Origin: Alphaproteobacteria bacterium
GTDB taxonomy: Bacteria; Pseudomonadota; Alphaproteobacteria; GCA-2746255
Direction: 5' to 3'
Length of the DNA stretch: 64,000 nucleotides
NCBI GenBank assembly: GCA_965249135.1
Contig: OZ252220.1
Coordinates: 742,497 to 806,496 of the forward strand
Shown here: positions 29,644 through 39,638 of the stretch, one piece after another
Position numbering within the stretch: the stretch's first letter is position 1
How the letters are laid out: every line of letters starts with the position of its first letter
The notes under the pieces: generated by a model
The model's input: only the letters and a program-made list of their open reading frames with translations
The model's database searches: none
Told to the model about the DNA's origin: nothing
Made by a program: the position numbers and the translations under genes

Positions 29644-30615
29644 TTATTTCCGCAGGCGCAACCAGCGACGGACGTTCTTCCGGTGTTCCTTCAGCGTGCG
29701 GGCAAACACATGGCCGCCGCTGCCGTCGGCAACGAAGTAAAGCTCGTCCGTCTCGAGTGGCCTTAGCGCGGCTTCGATCGCGGCGCGCCCGGGATTTGCG
29801 ATCGGCCCTGGCGGGAACCCATGGATACGATAGGTGTTGTAGGGATGATCGATTTCAAGGTCGGCCTTCGTCAGCGGTCGATCGAGGCTCCTCTCACCCT
29901 GCGACAACGCATAGACGACGGTCGGATCCGATTGCAGACGCATGCCCCGCTTCAACCGATTGAGAAAGACGGCGGCGATTCGCGGGCGTTCTTCCGGCAC
30001 CGCCGTTTCCCGCTCGATGAGTGAAGCGAGGATGAGCACCTCTTCGGGCGAACCAAGCGGTAGGCCTTCCGCCCGCTCGGCCCATAATTCCTCGAGCGTC
30101 TCCGCCATGGCGCGGCGCATCCGCCCGATCACGGAAGCCCGCCCCTCGCCCCACACATAGGCATAGGTCTCCGGCAAAAGCTCGCCCTCCGACGGCGGCG
30201 GTCCGATCTCGCCGTCCAGCCCGTCTGCCGCCTGAACCAAGGCAAGCACGTTGGCCGTCGTAAGCCCCTCCGCCACCGTGAGCCTGCGAAGCACCGCCTC
30301 TCCCTTGACGAGGATCTCCATCGCCCCTGCCGGCGAAACGAAAGCCGGGAATTCATACTCGCCGGCCCGAAGCGCGCGATCGTTTCCGCTCAATCGCACA
30401 CCAAGCCGAAAAAGAAAACCGTTACCAAGGACGCCCGCCGCCTCAAGACGCCGCGTCATCGCCGCGACGCCTTCGCCCCGGGGCATGACGAGCGTGACCG
30501 GCTCGGCCAGTGCGCCCGGCCGATGAAAACGCTCAACGCCGAAGGCGAGGATGCCCCCCGCGGCCATGACGAGGATAAGAAGGCAAAGCCCGGCTCGGAG
30601 CAGGGTGCGCCCCAT
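29644..30615 (-). CDS. mltG: Endolytic transglycosylase MltG (YceG)
   Basis: EG.LLPETY, LASLIERET, NRL..GMRLQSDPT, PYNTY, PPGPIANPG. Confidence 0.94.
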   Translation of the reverse strand: MGRTLLRAGLCLLILVMAAGGILAFGVERFHRPGALAEPVTLVMPRGEGVAAMTRRLEAAGVLGNGFLFRLGVRLSGNDRALRAGEYEFPAFVSPAGAMEILVKGEAVLRRLTVAEGLTTANVLALVQAADGLDGEIGPPPSEGELLPETYAYVWGEGRASVIGRMRRAMAETLEELWAERAEGLPLGSPEEVLILASLIERETAVPEERPRIAAVFLNRLKRGMRLQSDPTVVYALSQGERSLDRPLTKADLEIDHPYNTYRIHGFPPGPIANPGRAAIEAALRPLETDELYFVADGSGGHVFARTLKEHRKNVRRWLRLRK

Positions 30616-30631
30616 GGGCTATGGGTTCCGC

Positions 30632-31891
30632 TTAACCCGCCGCCGAAAAGATCAGCGACGCATTCGTTCCACCAAAGCCGAAGGAATTCGAGAGCACGGT
30701 TTTTACCTCCCGCTCCTTCGCCTCGTGGGGTACGAGATCCATGTCGCAGCCTTCCGACGGGTTCTCGAGGTTAAGGGTCGGCGGCACGATGCCGTCTCGC
30801 ATGGCGAGAATCGAGAAAATCGCCTCCGTACTGCCCGCCGCGCCCAGCAAATGGCCGATCGACGATTTCGTCGACGACATGGAGACCTTGTTGGCGGCGT
30901 TCCCGAAGAGGCGCTTGACCGCGTCATGCTCGATTTCGTCGCCAAGCGGCGTCGAAGTGCCGTGGGCATTGATGTAATCGATGTCTGCGGGCTCCATCTT
31001 CGCACTTTGCAGCGCGTTGCGCATCGAACGATAGGCGCCGGAGCCGTCGGGGGCCGGAGCCGTCACGTGATGGGCGTCACCGGACATCCCGTAACCGGAA
31101 AATTCCGCATAAATCTTCGCACTGCGCTTCTTTGCGTGTTCGTATTCCTCCAGAACGACGACGCCGGCCCCCTCTCCGATGACGAAGCCGTCCCGATCCC
31201 GGTCCCAGGGGCGGGATGCCCTCTCCGGCGTGTCGTTGAAATGGGTGGAAAGGGCGCGTGCCGCTGCGAAACCCGCCACCCCAATCCGGCAGACGGCCGC
31301 TTCGGTGCCACCGGCGACCATGACGTCCGCATCTTCCCGCTCGATCATGCGTGCCGCGTCCCCGATCGCATGCGCCCCCGTTGAGCACGCGGTGACGACG
31401 GCGTGGTTCGGTCCGGTAAAGCCGTAACGGATCGAAACATGGCCGGAAACAAGGTTGATCAGCGACGCCGGAATAAAGAAAGGGCTGACGCGCCGCGCGC
31501 CTTTCTCGTGAAGGACGATGGAGGTGTTATAGATGGATTGAAGCCCGCCGATGCCGGACCCGATCAAGACGCCGGTGCGCGCGCGCTCCTCTTCGCCTTC
31601 CAGCTGCCAACCGGCGTCCTCGACCGCTTGGGCCGCGGCGGCAATCCCATAGAGAATGAAATCGTCGACCTTGCGTTGCTTTTTCGGCGCAAGCCAATCG
31701 TCGGCATTGAATTTACCCGGTCCCTCTCCATGCGGGATCAGGCCCGCGATCTTCGAGGAAAGATCCGAAACGTCAAACGTATCGATTTTACGTATGCCGG
31801 ATTCATGCTTGATCAGGCGCCGCCATGTTGTATCCACCCCACATCCAAGCGGGGTGACCAACCCTATTCCGGTAACGACAACCCGTCTCAT
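30632..31891 (-). CDS. fabF: 3-oxoacyl-ACP synthase II
   Basis: TACSTG, NAHGTST, KSSIGHLLGAAG, SNSFGFGG. Confidence 0.97.
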   Translation of the reverse strand: MRRVVVTGIGLVTPLGCGVDTTWRRLIKHESGIRKIDTFDVSDLSSKIAGLIPHGEGPGKFNADDWLAPKKQRKVDDFILYGIAAAAQAVEDAGWQLEGEEERARTGVLIGSGIGGLQSIYNTSIVLHEKGARRVSPFFIPASLINLVSGHVSIRYGFTGPNHAVVTACSTGAHAIGDAARMIEREDADVMVAGGTEAAVCRIGVAGFAAARALSTHFNDTPERASRPWDRDRDGFVIGEGAGVVVLEEYEHAKKRSAKIYAEFSGYGMSGDAHHVTAPAPDGSGAYRSMRNALQSAKMEPADIDYINAHGTSTPLGDEIEHDAVKRLFGNAANKVSMSSTKSSIGHLLGAAGSTEAIFSILAMRDGIVPPTLNLENPSEGCDMDLVPHEAKEREVKTVLSNSFGFGGTNASLIFSAAG

Positions 31892-31966
31892 GCTGAGTGA
31901 TTCTTCCGTTCCGACGATCGCAGCAGGCGACGTGACGCTTCAACCACCCGTCGGAATCCGAAACTT

Positions 31967-32203
31967 TTATGATTCCGAATTTTCGATAAAGTCGATCGCA
32001 TCCTTGATGGTGACAATCTTCTCGGCCACGTCATCCGGAATCTCGACGCCAAATTCCTCTTCGAACGCCATGACCAGTTCAACCGTATCGAGGCTGTCCG
32101 CACCAAGATCGTCAATGAAACTCGCGTTGCCGACGGCCTTTCCTTCATCGACACCAAGATGTTCAACGACGATTTTCTTCACGCGTTCCACGACGTCACT
32201 CAT
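31967..32203 (-). CDS. acpP: Acyl carrier protein
   Basis: [20 protein letters not shown]. Confidence 0.98.
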   Translation of the reverse strand: MSDVVERVKKIVVEHLGVDEGKAVGNASFIDDLGADSLDTVELVMAFEEEFGVEIPDDVAEKIVTIKDAIDFIENSES

Positions 32204-32353
32204 TTCGACTTTTCCTTCGGAATGTTCATTCAGTTTCGGATGTTCGAAGATCCGACAGTGCTTCCCCGCCGAATTGGCTTAACGCCTAGGGTTGCGTCGT
32301 TCGTAACATACTTTTCTACCCTTTGCCAGCGCCAGCCAAGCGGCCTAAACCGG

Positions 32354-33097
32354 CTATATCATGGCCATCCCGCCATTGATGTGCAAGGTCTGCCCGGTGA
32401 TGTAGCCGGCCTCATCGCTGGCCAGAAATACGACGCCGCCGGCGACATCTTCCGGACTTCCAAGGCGGCCGTTCGGGATCTGCCCAAGCAGTTGTTCCTT
32501 CTGCGCTTCCGAAAGCGCGTCCGTCATGGCGGTCACGATAAAGCCCGGGGCTACGCAATTGACCGTGATGCCGCGCGAGGCAACCTCCGCCGCCAGCGAC
32601 TTCGACATGCCGATCATGCCGGCCTTCGAAGCGGCATAGTTTGCCTGGCCGGGATTGCCGGTGACGCCAACGATTGAGGTGATGTTGACGATTCGCCCAT
32701 AGCGCTCCTTCATCATCCCCCTAAGGCAGGCCCGGCTGAGTCGGAAGGCCGCCGTCAGATTCACATCGAGCACCTTTTGCCAATCCTCGTCCTTCATGCG
32801 TATGACAAGGCTGTCTCGCGCAAACCCCGCATTGTTGACGAGGATATCGATCCGGCCCAGCCGCTCCATGGCCGCCTTCGCAAGGATGTCCGGCCCATCC
32901 GGATCCGCGAGCTCGGCTGTGATGGCATAAGCGCCATCGCCAAGCTCCTCGGCAAGCGTTTCCAACGCCTCGGCCCGCGTCCCCGAAAGGGCAACGGCGG
33001 CACCCGCGCGGGCCAGCGCCCGGGCAACGGCGCCGCCGATCCCACCCGAAGCCCCCGTCACGAGTGCGTTTTTTCCGGTGAGATCGAACATCGCCAT
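32354..33097 (-). CDS. fabG: 3-oxoacyl-ACP reductase
   Basis: TGASGGIG, NNAG, GQANYAASKAG. Confidence 0.96.
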   Translation of the reverse strand: MAMFDLTGKNALVTGASGGIGGAVARALARAGAAVALSGTRAEALETLAEELGDGAYAITAELADPDGPDILAKAAMERLGRIDILVNNAGFARDSLVIRMKDEDWQKVLDVNLTAAFRLSRACLRGMMKERYGRIVNITSIVGVTGNPGQANYAASKAGMIGMSKSLAAEVASRGITVNCVAPGFIVTAMTDALSEAQKEQLLGQIPNGRLGSPEDVAGGVVFLASDEAGYITGQTLHINGGMAMI

Positions 33098-33102
33098 CTC
33101 CT

Positions 33103-34053
33103 TTAACTTAAACTCGCCAAAAAGGCTTCGACATCCGCCGGCGTACCGACCGTCACGGCTGTAAGCTCGCGATCGATCCGCCGGGCAAGGCCACTGAGTA
33201 TTTTACCGGCTCCGACCTCGACCAGGCCGGTGACGCTGAGCGCCTTCATGCCAAGAACGGATTCCCGCCAGCGAACCATGCCCGTCACCTGATCCACCAG
33301 CAGGCCGCGGATCGTTTCCGGATCGCTCACGGCCTTCGCCGTTACGTTCGCAATCAACGGCACGACCGGCGGCGCAATGGAAATGTCGGCGAGCGCTTCT
33401 CGCATCCGATCGGCGGCGGGCTGCATCAACGGACAATGAAACGGCGCGCTCACCGGAAGACGCACGCTTTTCTTCGCGCCGCGCTCGGTAGCAAGCACGA
33501 TGGCGCATTCGATCGCATCCTTGCTGCCGCTGACGACGGCCTGACCGGGCGCGTTGTCGTTTGCCGCCGCACACACGCCGCCGGTTTGCCTGGCCGCTTC
33601 TTCCGCGATCCCGGTTGCCGCCTCGAGATCGAGGCCAAGCAGGGCGGCCATCGCCCCTTCGCCGACGGGAACGGCCTTCTGCATCGCTTCGCCACGCGTC
33701 TTCAAGAGACGCGCCGTCACCCCAAGCTCGAGCGCGCCGGCCGCCGCCAACGCGGAGTATTCCCCTAGCGAGTGCCCGGCCACGCAGACCGCCGTCTCAC
33801 CGAGGACGATCCCTCCCTCTTTTTCCAGCGTGCTCATGGCGGCAAGGCTCACCGCCATCAGCGCCGGCTGCGCGTTTTCGGTCAAGGTGAGCTCGGCTTC
33901 CGGGCCTTCGAACATGAGCCGGCTTAAATTCTGGCCAAGGGCGTCGTCCACCGCTTCAAACACTTCACGCGCAGAGGCAAAGGCATCCGCCAGCTCCTTT
34001 CCCATTCCGACGGCCTGAGACCCCTGACCCGGAAAGACAAACGCCCTTGCCAC
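33103..34053 (-). CDS. fabD: Malonyl-CoA:ACP transacylase
   Basis: FVFPGQGSQ, GHSLGEY, SAPFHC; GTG start at 34053 or 34059. Confidence 0.96.
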   Translation of the reverse strand: MARAFVFPGQGSQAVGMGKELADAFASAREVFEAVDDALGQNLSRLMFEGPEAELTLTENAQPALMAVSLAAMSTLEKEGGIVLGETAVCVAGHSLGEYSALAAAGALELGVTARLLKTRGEAMQKAVPVGEGAMAALLGLDLEAATGIAEEAARQTGGVCAAANDNAPGQAVVSGSKDAIECAIVLATERGAKKSVRLPVSAPFHCPLMQPAADRMREALADISIAPPVVPLIANVTAKAVSDPETIRGLLVDQVTGMVRWRESVLGMKALSVTGLVEVGAGKILSGLARRIDRELTAVTVGTPADVEAFLASLS

Positions 34054-34058
34054 CTTCA

Positions 34059-34102
34059 CCAAACTCCTTTTCGGCAAACGCCAAACTCCTTTTCGGCAAA
34101 CG
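34059..34102. repeat. exact 22-bp tandem duplication containing the fabD RBS
   Basis: ccaaactccttttcggcaaacg at 34059-34080 and 34081-34102. Confidence 0.95.
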
Positions 34103-34110
34103 AACGGCCA

Positions 34111-34172
34111 GTGATAGCGCCTCTCCCTGCCCTGTCAAGCGACCTTGCGGACCTAGGCGGTTCGTGTATAGT
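34111..34172. promoter_or_regulatory. back-to-back sigma-70 promoters for fabD (-) and rpsF (+)
   Basis: Minus: TTGACA(34138-34133)-N16-TATCAC; plus: TTGCGG(34145)-N16-TATAGT(34167). Confidence 0.55.
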
Positions 34173-34179
34173 GCGGCGC

Positions 34180-34290
34180 ATTCTTACTCCTTGCCGGTGG
34201 TAATGTCGGCTAGGTTCGGGCGGCTAGCTAAGGTTTGATCAGGGCATGGCGCCGGACCGTGAATAGCCAGAAGGGGTTCTTAAGCGTCCC
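34180..34290 (+). ncRNA. putative rpsF (S6:S18) autoregulatory leader
   Basis: ACTCCTT(34186) can pair with the SD-like AAGGGGT(34271); inner GGCTA/TAGCC stem; GACCG element. Confidence 0.4.
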
Positions 34291-34776
34291 ATGCCTCTCT
34301 ATGAGCACGTCTTCATTGCGCGCCAGGACATCTCCTCGGCGCAGGTCGATAGCCTGACAAGCACATTTTTCGCCCTCGTGAAGGAACAGGGCGGCAAGGT
34401 CGAGAAGACGGAATATTGGGGCCTTCGAACACTTGCCTATCGGATCAAGAAGAACCGCAAGGGCCATTACGTTCTTTTTAATCTGGACGCACCGCCGAAT
34501 GCCCTTCAGGAGCTTGAGCGAAACGAGCGCCTGAACGAGGACATCCTCCATTACATGACGATCCGCGTCGAGGAACTGGAGGAAGCGCCGTCCGTGCTGA
34601 TGCGGGCCCGCGCCAACCGGGACGAGCCTCCAAAAGAGCGCGGACGTTACGATCGCGGCGTAAAGCCGCAAGTAGCCCCCACGGATCAAGCACCGGAAGC
34701 GGGCAAAGCCGCGCCGGACACGCCGGAATTAAAGGAAGAGGCCCCCGGAGAGAAGAAAGAAGAGAAGGAAGCATAG
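34291..34776 (+). CDS. rpsF: 30S ribosomal protein S6
   Basis: [33 protein letters not shown]; low-complexity C-terminal tail. Confidence 0.97.
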   Translation: MPLYEHVFIARQDISSAQVDSLTSTFFALVKEQGGKVEKTEYWGLRTLAYRIKKNRKGHYVLFNLDAPPNALQELERNERLNEDILHYMTIRVEELEEAPSVLMRARANRDEPPKERGRYDRGVKPQVAPTDQAPEAGKAAPDTPELKEEAPGEKKEEKEA

Positions 34777-34779
34777 AAG

Positions 34780-35031
34780 ATGGCGCCCCCACCGAATTCC
34801 GGAGAAACACGTCGGCCATTCTTTCGCCGCAGGAAGAGCTGTCCGTTTTCCGGGCCGGATGCCCTGAAGATCGACTACAAGGACACGCGGCTCTTGCAGC
34901 GCTTCATCTCCGAACGCGGGAAGATTGTGCCAAGCCGGATCACCAGCGTCTCCACGAAGAAACAGCGCGAGCTCGCCCGGGCGATCAAACGCGCGCGCAA
35001 CATCGCGCTTCTGCCGTTCCTGATCAAATAG
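34780..35031 (+). CDS. rpsR: 30S ribosomal protein S18
   Basis: [30 protein letters not shown]. Confidence 0.98.
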   Translation: MAPPPNSGETRRPFFRRRKSCPFSGPDALKIDYKDTRLLQRFISERGKIVPSRITSVSTKKQRELARAIKRARNIALLPFLIK

Positions 35032-35057
35032 GGCGCCACCGCCTGCCTTTGAGAACG

Positions 35058-35999
35058 ATGTCGAAACACATCCCCCTTGCCATCGGCGCCGGCATCCTTG
35101 CCGCCCTGTTTTACGTCTCCGTCCTGACGGGCCGGCAAGAGACCCTTTTCCTCAGTTTTTTCACGCACGCCCCACTTTTTCTCGCCGGCCTCGGGATCGG
35201 CTATCCGGCGATCAAGATCGCGGCCATCGTGGGCGTCGTCTTCTGCCTGTTGATGGGAGGCGTCTATTACGGCGTCGCCTTCCTGTTGCTGAACGCAGCG
35301 CCCGTCGTCTTGTTGGTCCGCCAAGCCTTGCAGAGCCGGACCGACACCGAGGGCAAGGAGGAATGGTATCCCATCGGGCACCTCGTTAGCTGGGTCGCGG
35401 CCACCGCCGTCGTGATATTTGTCGCCCTCTTCCTTCTGCTCGCCAGAGACGAGCAGGGCGTTGAAGCGACCATCCGCGACTTTCTTTCGGAAATCCTGAC
35501 CGTCTTCCTCGGCAACACGGGCACCGAAACGACGACGGTCGTGGAAGCGATCACGTCCTTCTTCCCGGCCCTCGTGATTGGGTGGTGGTTCTTCATGGTC
35601 ATCGTAAACGGGGCGCTGGCCCAAGGCCTTATGGCGCGGTTCAATCGGAACGTTCGGCCATCGCCGGATTTCTCGAAGATGGAACTCCCGGACTGGATGA
35701 CCTATGCGATTGCGCTCACCGCCCTCATGCTCTTCGTGGGCGGGCCGGGAACGCTGGAATTCTTCAGCCGCAACCTCGTTCTTATCCTTTGCATCCCGTT
35801 CTTCCTGCTGGGGCTTGCGGTCATTCACGCGCTTGCAAAAACATCCGCCCAGCCACGTTGGGTGCTGATCCCGTTCTATACGTTGCTTATACTGTTCGGT
35901 GGTTTCGCCGCGATGGCGGTGATCGGGTTCGGATTCGCCGAACAGGTCATCGGCATCCGCCGCCGTCTGCCAAGCTCGGCCAACCGTCTGGAGAAATAG
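35058..35999 (+). CDS. DUF2232 (YybS-like) membrane protein
   Basis: Multi-TM, EWYP.G motif, located between rpsR and rplI. Confidence 0.75.
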   Translation: MSKHIPLAIGAGILAALFYVSVLTGRQETLFLSFFTHAPLFLAGLGIGYPAIKIAAIVGVVFCLLMGGVYYGVAFLLLNAAPVVLLVRQALQSRTDTEGKEEWYPIGHLVSWVAATAVVIFVALFLLLARDEQGVEATIRDFLSEILTVFLGNTGTETTTVVEAITSFFPALVIGWWFFMVIVNGALAQGLMARFNRNVRPSPDFSKMELPDWMTYAIALTALMLFVGGPGTLEFFSRNLVLILCIPFFLLGLAVIHALAKTSAQPRWVLIPFYTLLILFGGFAAMAVIGFGFAEQVIGIRRRLPSSANRLEK

Positions 36000-36001
36000 C
36001 C

Positions 36002-36640
36002 ATGCAAGTGATCCTGTTGGAGCGGATCGAGAAACTCGGGCAAATGGGCGACGTGGTGGAGGTGAAGCCTGGCTATGCCAGGAATTTCCTTCTGCCGCAA
36101 AAAAAGGCGCTGCGCGCGACGAAGGAAAACCTTGTCCAATTCGAATCCCAGAAGAAACGGCTTGAGGCGGAAAACCTCGAACAGCGGGAAGAGGCCGAGG
36201 CCGTCGCCAAGAAGATGGACGGGCTTGGCGTCGTCTTGCTTCGCCAGGCAAGCGAATCCGAACAACTCTATGGTTCGGTGAACGCGCGCGACATCCTCGC
36301 GGCCATCGCGGAAGCCGACTTCACCCTCGATCGAAAGCAGGTATTGCTCGACCACCCGCTCAAGACGCTTGGCGTTCACACGGCCCGCATTGCTCTGCAT
36401 CCGGAAGTGATCGTGGAGGTCGCGGTGAACGTTTCCAGATCGGCAGAGGAAGCCAAGCTTCGAACGGCGGGCAAGAAAACGGAACCGGGCCCGGCCGAGA
36501 AGGAGGAAACCCCGGCCCAGAAGGCCGAGGAGGTCTTCGAGGAAAGCGTCCTGGAAGAATTGTCCGCCGAAGCCGAAACGGCGGAAGCCGGGACCATCCC
36601 CGCCGAGGGCGCGGACGAGGAAAAACCGCAAGAATCCTGA
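36002..36640 (+). CDS. rplI: 50S ribosomal protein L9
   Basis: [42 protein letters not shown]. Confidence 0.97.
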   Translation: MQVILLERIEKLGQMGDVVEVKPGYARNFLLPQKKALRATKENLVQFESQKKRLEAENLEQREEAEAVAKKMDGLGVVLLRQASESEQLYGSVNARDILAAIAEADFTLDRKQVLLDHPLKTLGVHTARIALHPEVIVEVAVNVSRSAEEAKLRTAGKKTEPGPAEKEETPAQKAEEVFEESVLEELSAEAETAEAGTIPAEGADEEKPQES

Positions 36641-36809
36641 CCTTATCCATCCCTTTCACGGCCGGGTACGCCGGCCGCCTCCACAATATCCTTTACAAAA
36701 TAGGGGCTTTTTTCCCCAGAATATTCGGGTATTCCCTTGCCTTCGAAACCGGGGCGCACGAGATAACCAGGGAAGCAATCGGCAGGAACGGTCAGGGCGG
36801 GACTTCACC

Positions 36810-38037
36810 ATGCCGCTTCGTTTTCTACTGCACCCGTTGATCCGGGTGGGCGCGCTACGGGTCATCGGCGTCACCGGCAAAGTCCAGGAATTCCGCGGAA
36901 CCCCGGGTCCGGAAGTGACGATCCGGCTGCACGACCACGCCACCGCATACAAGACCTTCCTGAACCCCGGCCTTTACACGGGCGAAGCCTATATGGACGG
37001 GACGCTCACGATCGAAGACGGAACGATCCGGGATCTGATCGACCTCTACGCGCTTAACCTCGAACGCGTGTCGCCGCGCCTTCTCGATCGGCTCTATCAA
37101 TCGCTCCGCCAGGCGTCCCGGACTTTCCAGCAATACAACCCCGTTTCTCATGCGCGCCGGCACGCTGCCCATCACTACGATCTTTCGGGCGCGCTCTACG
37201 ATCTCTTCCTGGATGAGGACCGGCAATATTCCTGCGCCTATTTTACCAGCCAAGACGAGAGCCTGGATCACGCCCAGGAGAATAAGAAGCATCATCTCGC
37301 CGCGAAATTGCTGATCGAGCCGGGCATGAAGGTGTTGGACATCGGTTCCGGTTGGGGGGGGCCTGGGGCTTTACCTCGCCGAAACCTGCGGCGCCGACGT
37401 AACCGGGATCACGCTCTCGAAGGAGCAGTATCGGGTTTCGAACGACCGGGCGAAGAAGGCGGGCCTCGAAGACCGGGTGCGTTTTCGCCTCCGCGATTAC
37501 CGGGAAGAAGAAGGTGCCTATGATCGCATCGTTTCCGTCGGCATGTTCGAACATGTCGGCGCGCGCTATTACCGCGATTTCTTCGGCAAGGTTGAGCGTT
37601 TGCTGACCGAGGACGGGCTGGCGTTGCTCCATTCCATCGGCCGCAAGGAGCCACCGAGCGCTACAAACCCTTGGATTCGCAAATACATCTTCCCGGGCGG
37701 TTACACCCCGGCGCTTTCCGAAGTCATCGCCGAGGTCGAGAAGACCGGACTTTGGATCACGGACATTGAAATCCTTCGCCTGCACTACGCCGAAACCCTC
37801 AAACGCTGGTACGAGCGCTTTCAGGCGAACCGGGAACGCGCCGCCGCCATCTATGACGAACGCTTCTGCCGGATGTGGGAATTCTACCTGGCCGGCTCGG
37901 AAGCCGCCCTTCGCCATCAGGGTCACATGGTCTTCCAGATGCAGCTCGCCCGCCGTCAGGAGAGCGTGCCCCTTACCCGCGACTACATGACGGATTGGGA
38001 GCACACCCAACTCAGGTCCCGCAAGACGGCCGCGTGA
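36810..38037 (+). pseudogene. cfa: Cyclopropane-fatty-acyl-phospholipid synthase, split by a +1 frameshift in a G8 tract (37354-37361)
   Basis: HHYDLS, QYSCAYF, LDIGSGWGG in one frame; LGLYLA..GITLSKEQ, SVGMFEHVG, KYIFPGG, HYAETL in the next. Removing one G restores a continuous ORF. Confidence 0.85.
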
Positions 38038-38141
38038 CCGAAATTACCCCCGAAGTTCACAGGCACTTACGCTTCTGTTCCACAGGCCGGGCCTAATATT
38101 TCATATATCTGTGTGCACGCCCTCTTTGCTATGGTGGGCGA

Positions 38142-39638
38142 ATGGAGGCCTCCGGTTCCGATTCGAAAGTCACCCCCTTAAGGGACAAGAACGAGCTAGG
38201 CAGGCTTCGCACCCCGCCGCGCAATTTCGAGGTTGAACAGGCCCTGCTCGGTGCCGTGCTCATGGAGAACCAGGCCTATTTGAAGGTCTCCGATTTTCTT
38301 CTCGTCGAACATTTCGCCAATCCCGTGCACGGTCGCATCTATGCCGCCACCGCCCATCTGATCGAGCGCGGCCAGTTGGCCGATCCGATGACGCTGAAGG
38401 CCTATTTCGAGCAGGACGACGCGCTTGACGACATCGGCGGCACCGCCTACCTCGCGAGCCTCGCCGCCGCCGCCGTCACCACCTTCAATGCCAAGGACTA
38501 CGGCCGGACGATCCATGATCTCTACCTCCGGCGCCAGTTGATCACCTTGGGCGAGGACATGGCCGAGGAGGCCCATCGCCCGGAAATCGAGGTCACCGCC
38601 GTCGACCAGATCGAACAGGTCGAGCAACAGCTCTACGACCTGGCGACGACCGGACAGGTCGAAGGCGGCTTCGTGGCCTTCAAGGGGCCGCTAACCGAGG
38701 CCGTCAACGCCGCCGAGGCCGCCTTTAAACGCGAAGGCAAGCTCACCGGGGTCGCCACCGGCTTTCTCGACCTCGACAAACTGCTTGGCGGCTTGCACGC
38801 CTCCGACCTGATCGTGCTGGCCGGCCGTCCCTCGATGGGCAAGACGGCGCTAGCGACGAATATCGGCTTCCATGCCGCCAAGGCGCGCGCCAAGGACGCC
38901 CGCGAATTGCCGCTGGACGGTGCCGTCGTCGGTTTTTTCTCCCTCGAAATGTCGTCCGAACAACTGGCCACCCGGATCCTCGCGGAAGAGGCCCAGGTGC
39001 CTTCCGAAAAGATACGGCGCGGCGAGCTTAGCCACACGGATTTCGAGAAGGTGGCCCTGGCCGCTCAGGATCTGGCCAGCGTTCCCTTCTACATCGATGA
39101 CACGCCGGCGCTGACCATCGGCGCCCTTCGCACCCGCTCAAGGCGCCTGAAACGCCAGCATGGACTCTCGCTGATCATCGTGGACTACCTTCAGCTTCTC
39201 AGCCCTTCGCACTCGCGCTACGACAACCGGGTGATGGAAATTTCGGAAATCACCCGCGGATTGAAGACGCTCGCCAAGGAACTGAGCGTGCCGGTGCTGG
39301 CTCTTTCCCAACTCTCGCGCGCCGTCGAGCAACGCGAGGACAAGCGGCCGCTATTGTCGGACCTTCGCGAATCAGGCGCCATCGAACAGGACGCGGACGT
39401 CGTCGCCTTCATTTACCGCGAGGAATATTACCTTGAGCGCCAACAGCCGCCGGAATCGATGAAGGACAAGCACGACGAGTGGCTGGAAAAAATGGATGCG
39501 GTCCACAACGTCGCGGAGATCCTGGTCGCCAAGCAACGCCACGGCCCGACGGGTAAGCTTCGATTACAATTTGAGGGACGCTTCACGAAGTTCGCGAATC
39601 TGGATTCGGGCGAACGGCCTTCGGATGTCCCCTTCTGA
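38142..39638 (+). CDS. dnaB: Replicative DNA helicase
   Basis: GRPSMGKT, FFSLEMS, IVDYLQL, LSQLSR, DLRESGAIEQDAD; no intein. Confidence 0.98.
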   Translation: MEASGSDSKVTPLRDKNELGRLRTPPRNFEVEQALLGAVLMENQAYLKVSDFLLVEHFANPVHGRIYAATAHLIERGQLADPMTLKAYFEQDDALDDIGGTAYLASLAAAAVTTFNAKDYGRTIHDLYLRRQLITLGEDMAEEAHRPEIEVTAVDQIEQVEQQLYDLATTGQVEGGFVAFKGPLTEAVNAAEAAFKREGKLTGVATGFLDLDKLLGGLHASDLIVLAGRPSMGKTALATNIGFHAAKARAKDARELPLDGAVVGFFSLEMSSEQLATRILAEEAQVPSEKIRRGELSHTDFEKVALAAQDLASVPFYIDDTPALTIGALRTRSRRLKRQHGLSLIIVDYLQLLSPSHSRYDNRVMEISEITRGLKTLAKELSVPVLALSQLSRAVEQREDKRPLLSDLRESGAIEQDADVVAFIYREEYYLERQQPPESMKDKHDEWLEKMDAVHNVAEILVAKQRHGPTGKLRLQFEGRFTKFANLDSGERPSDVPF

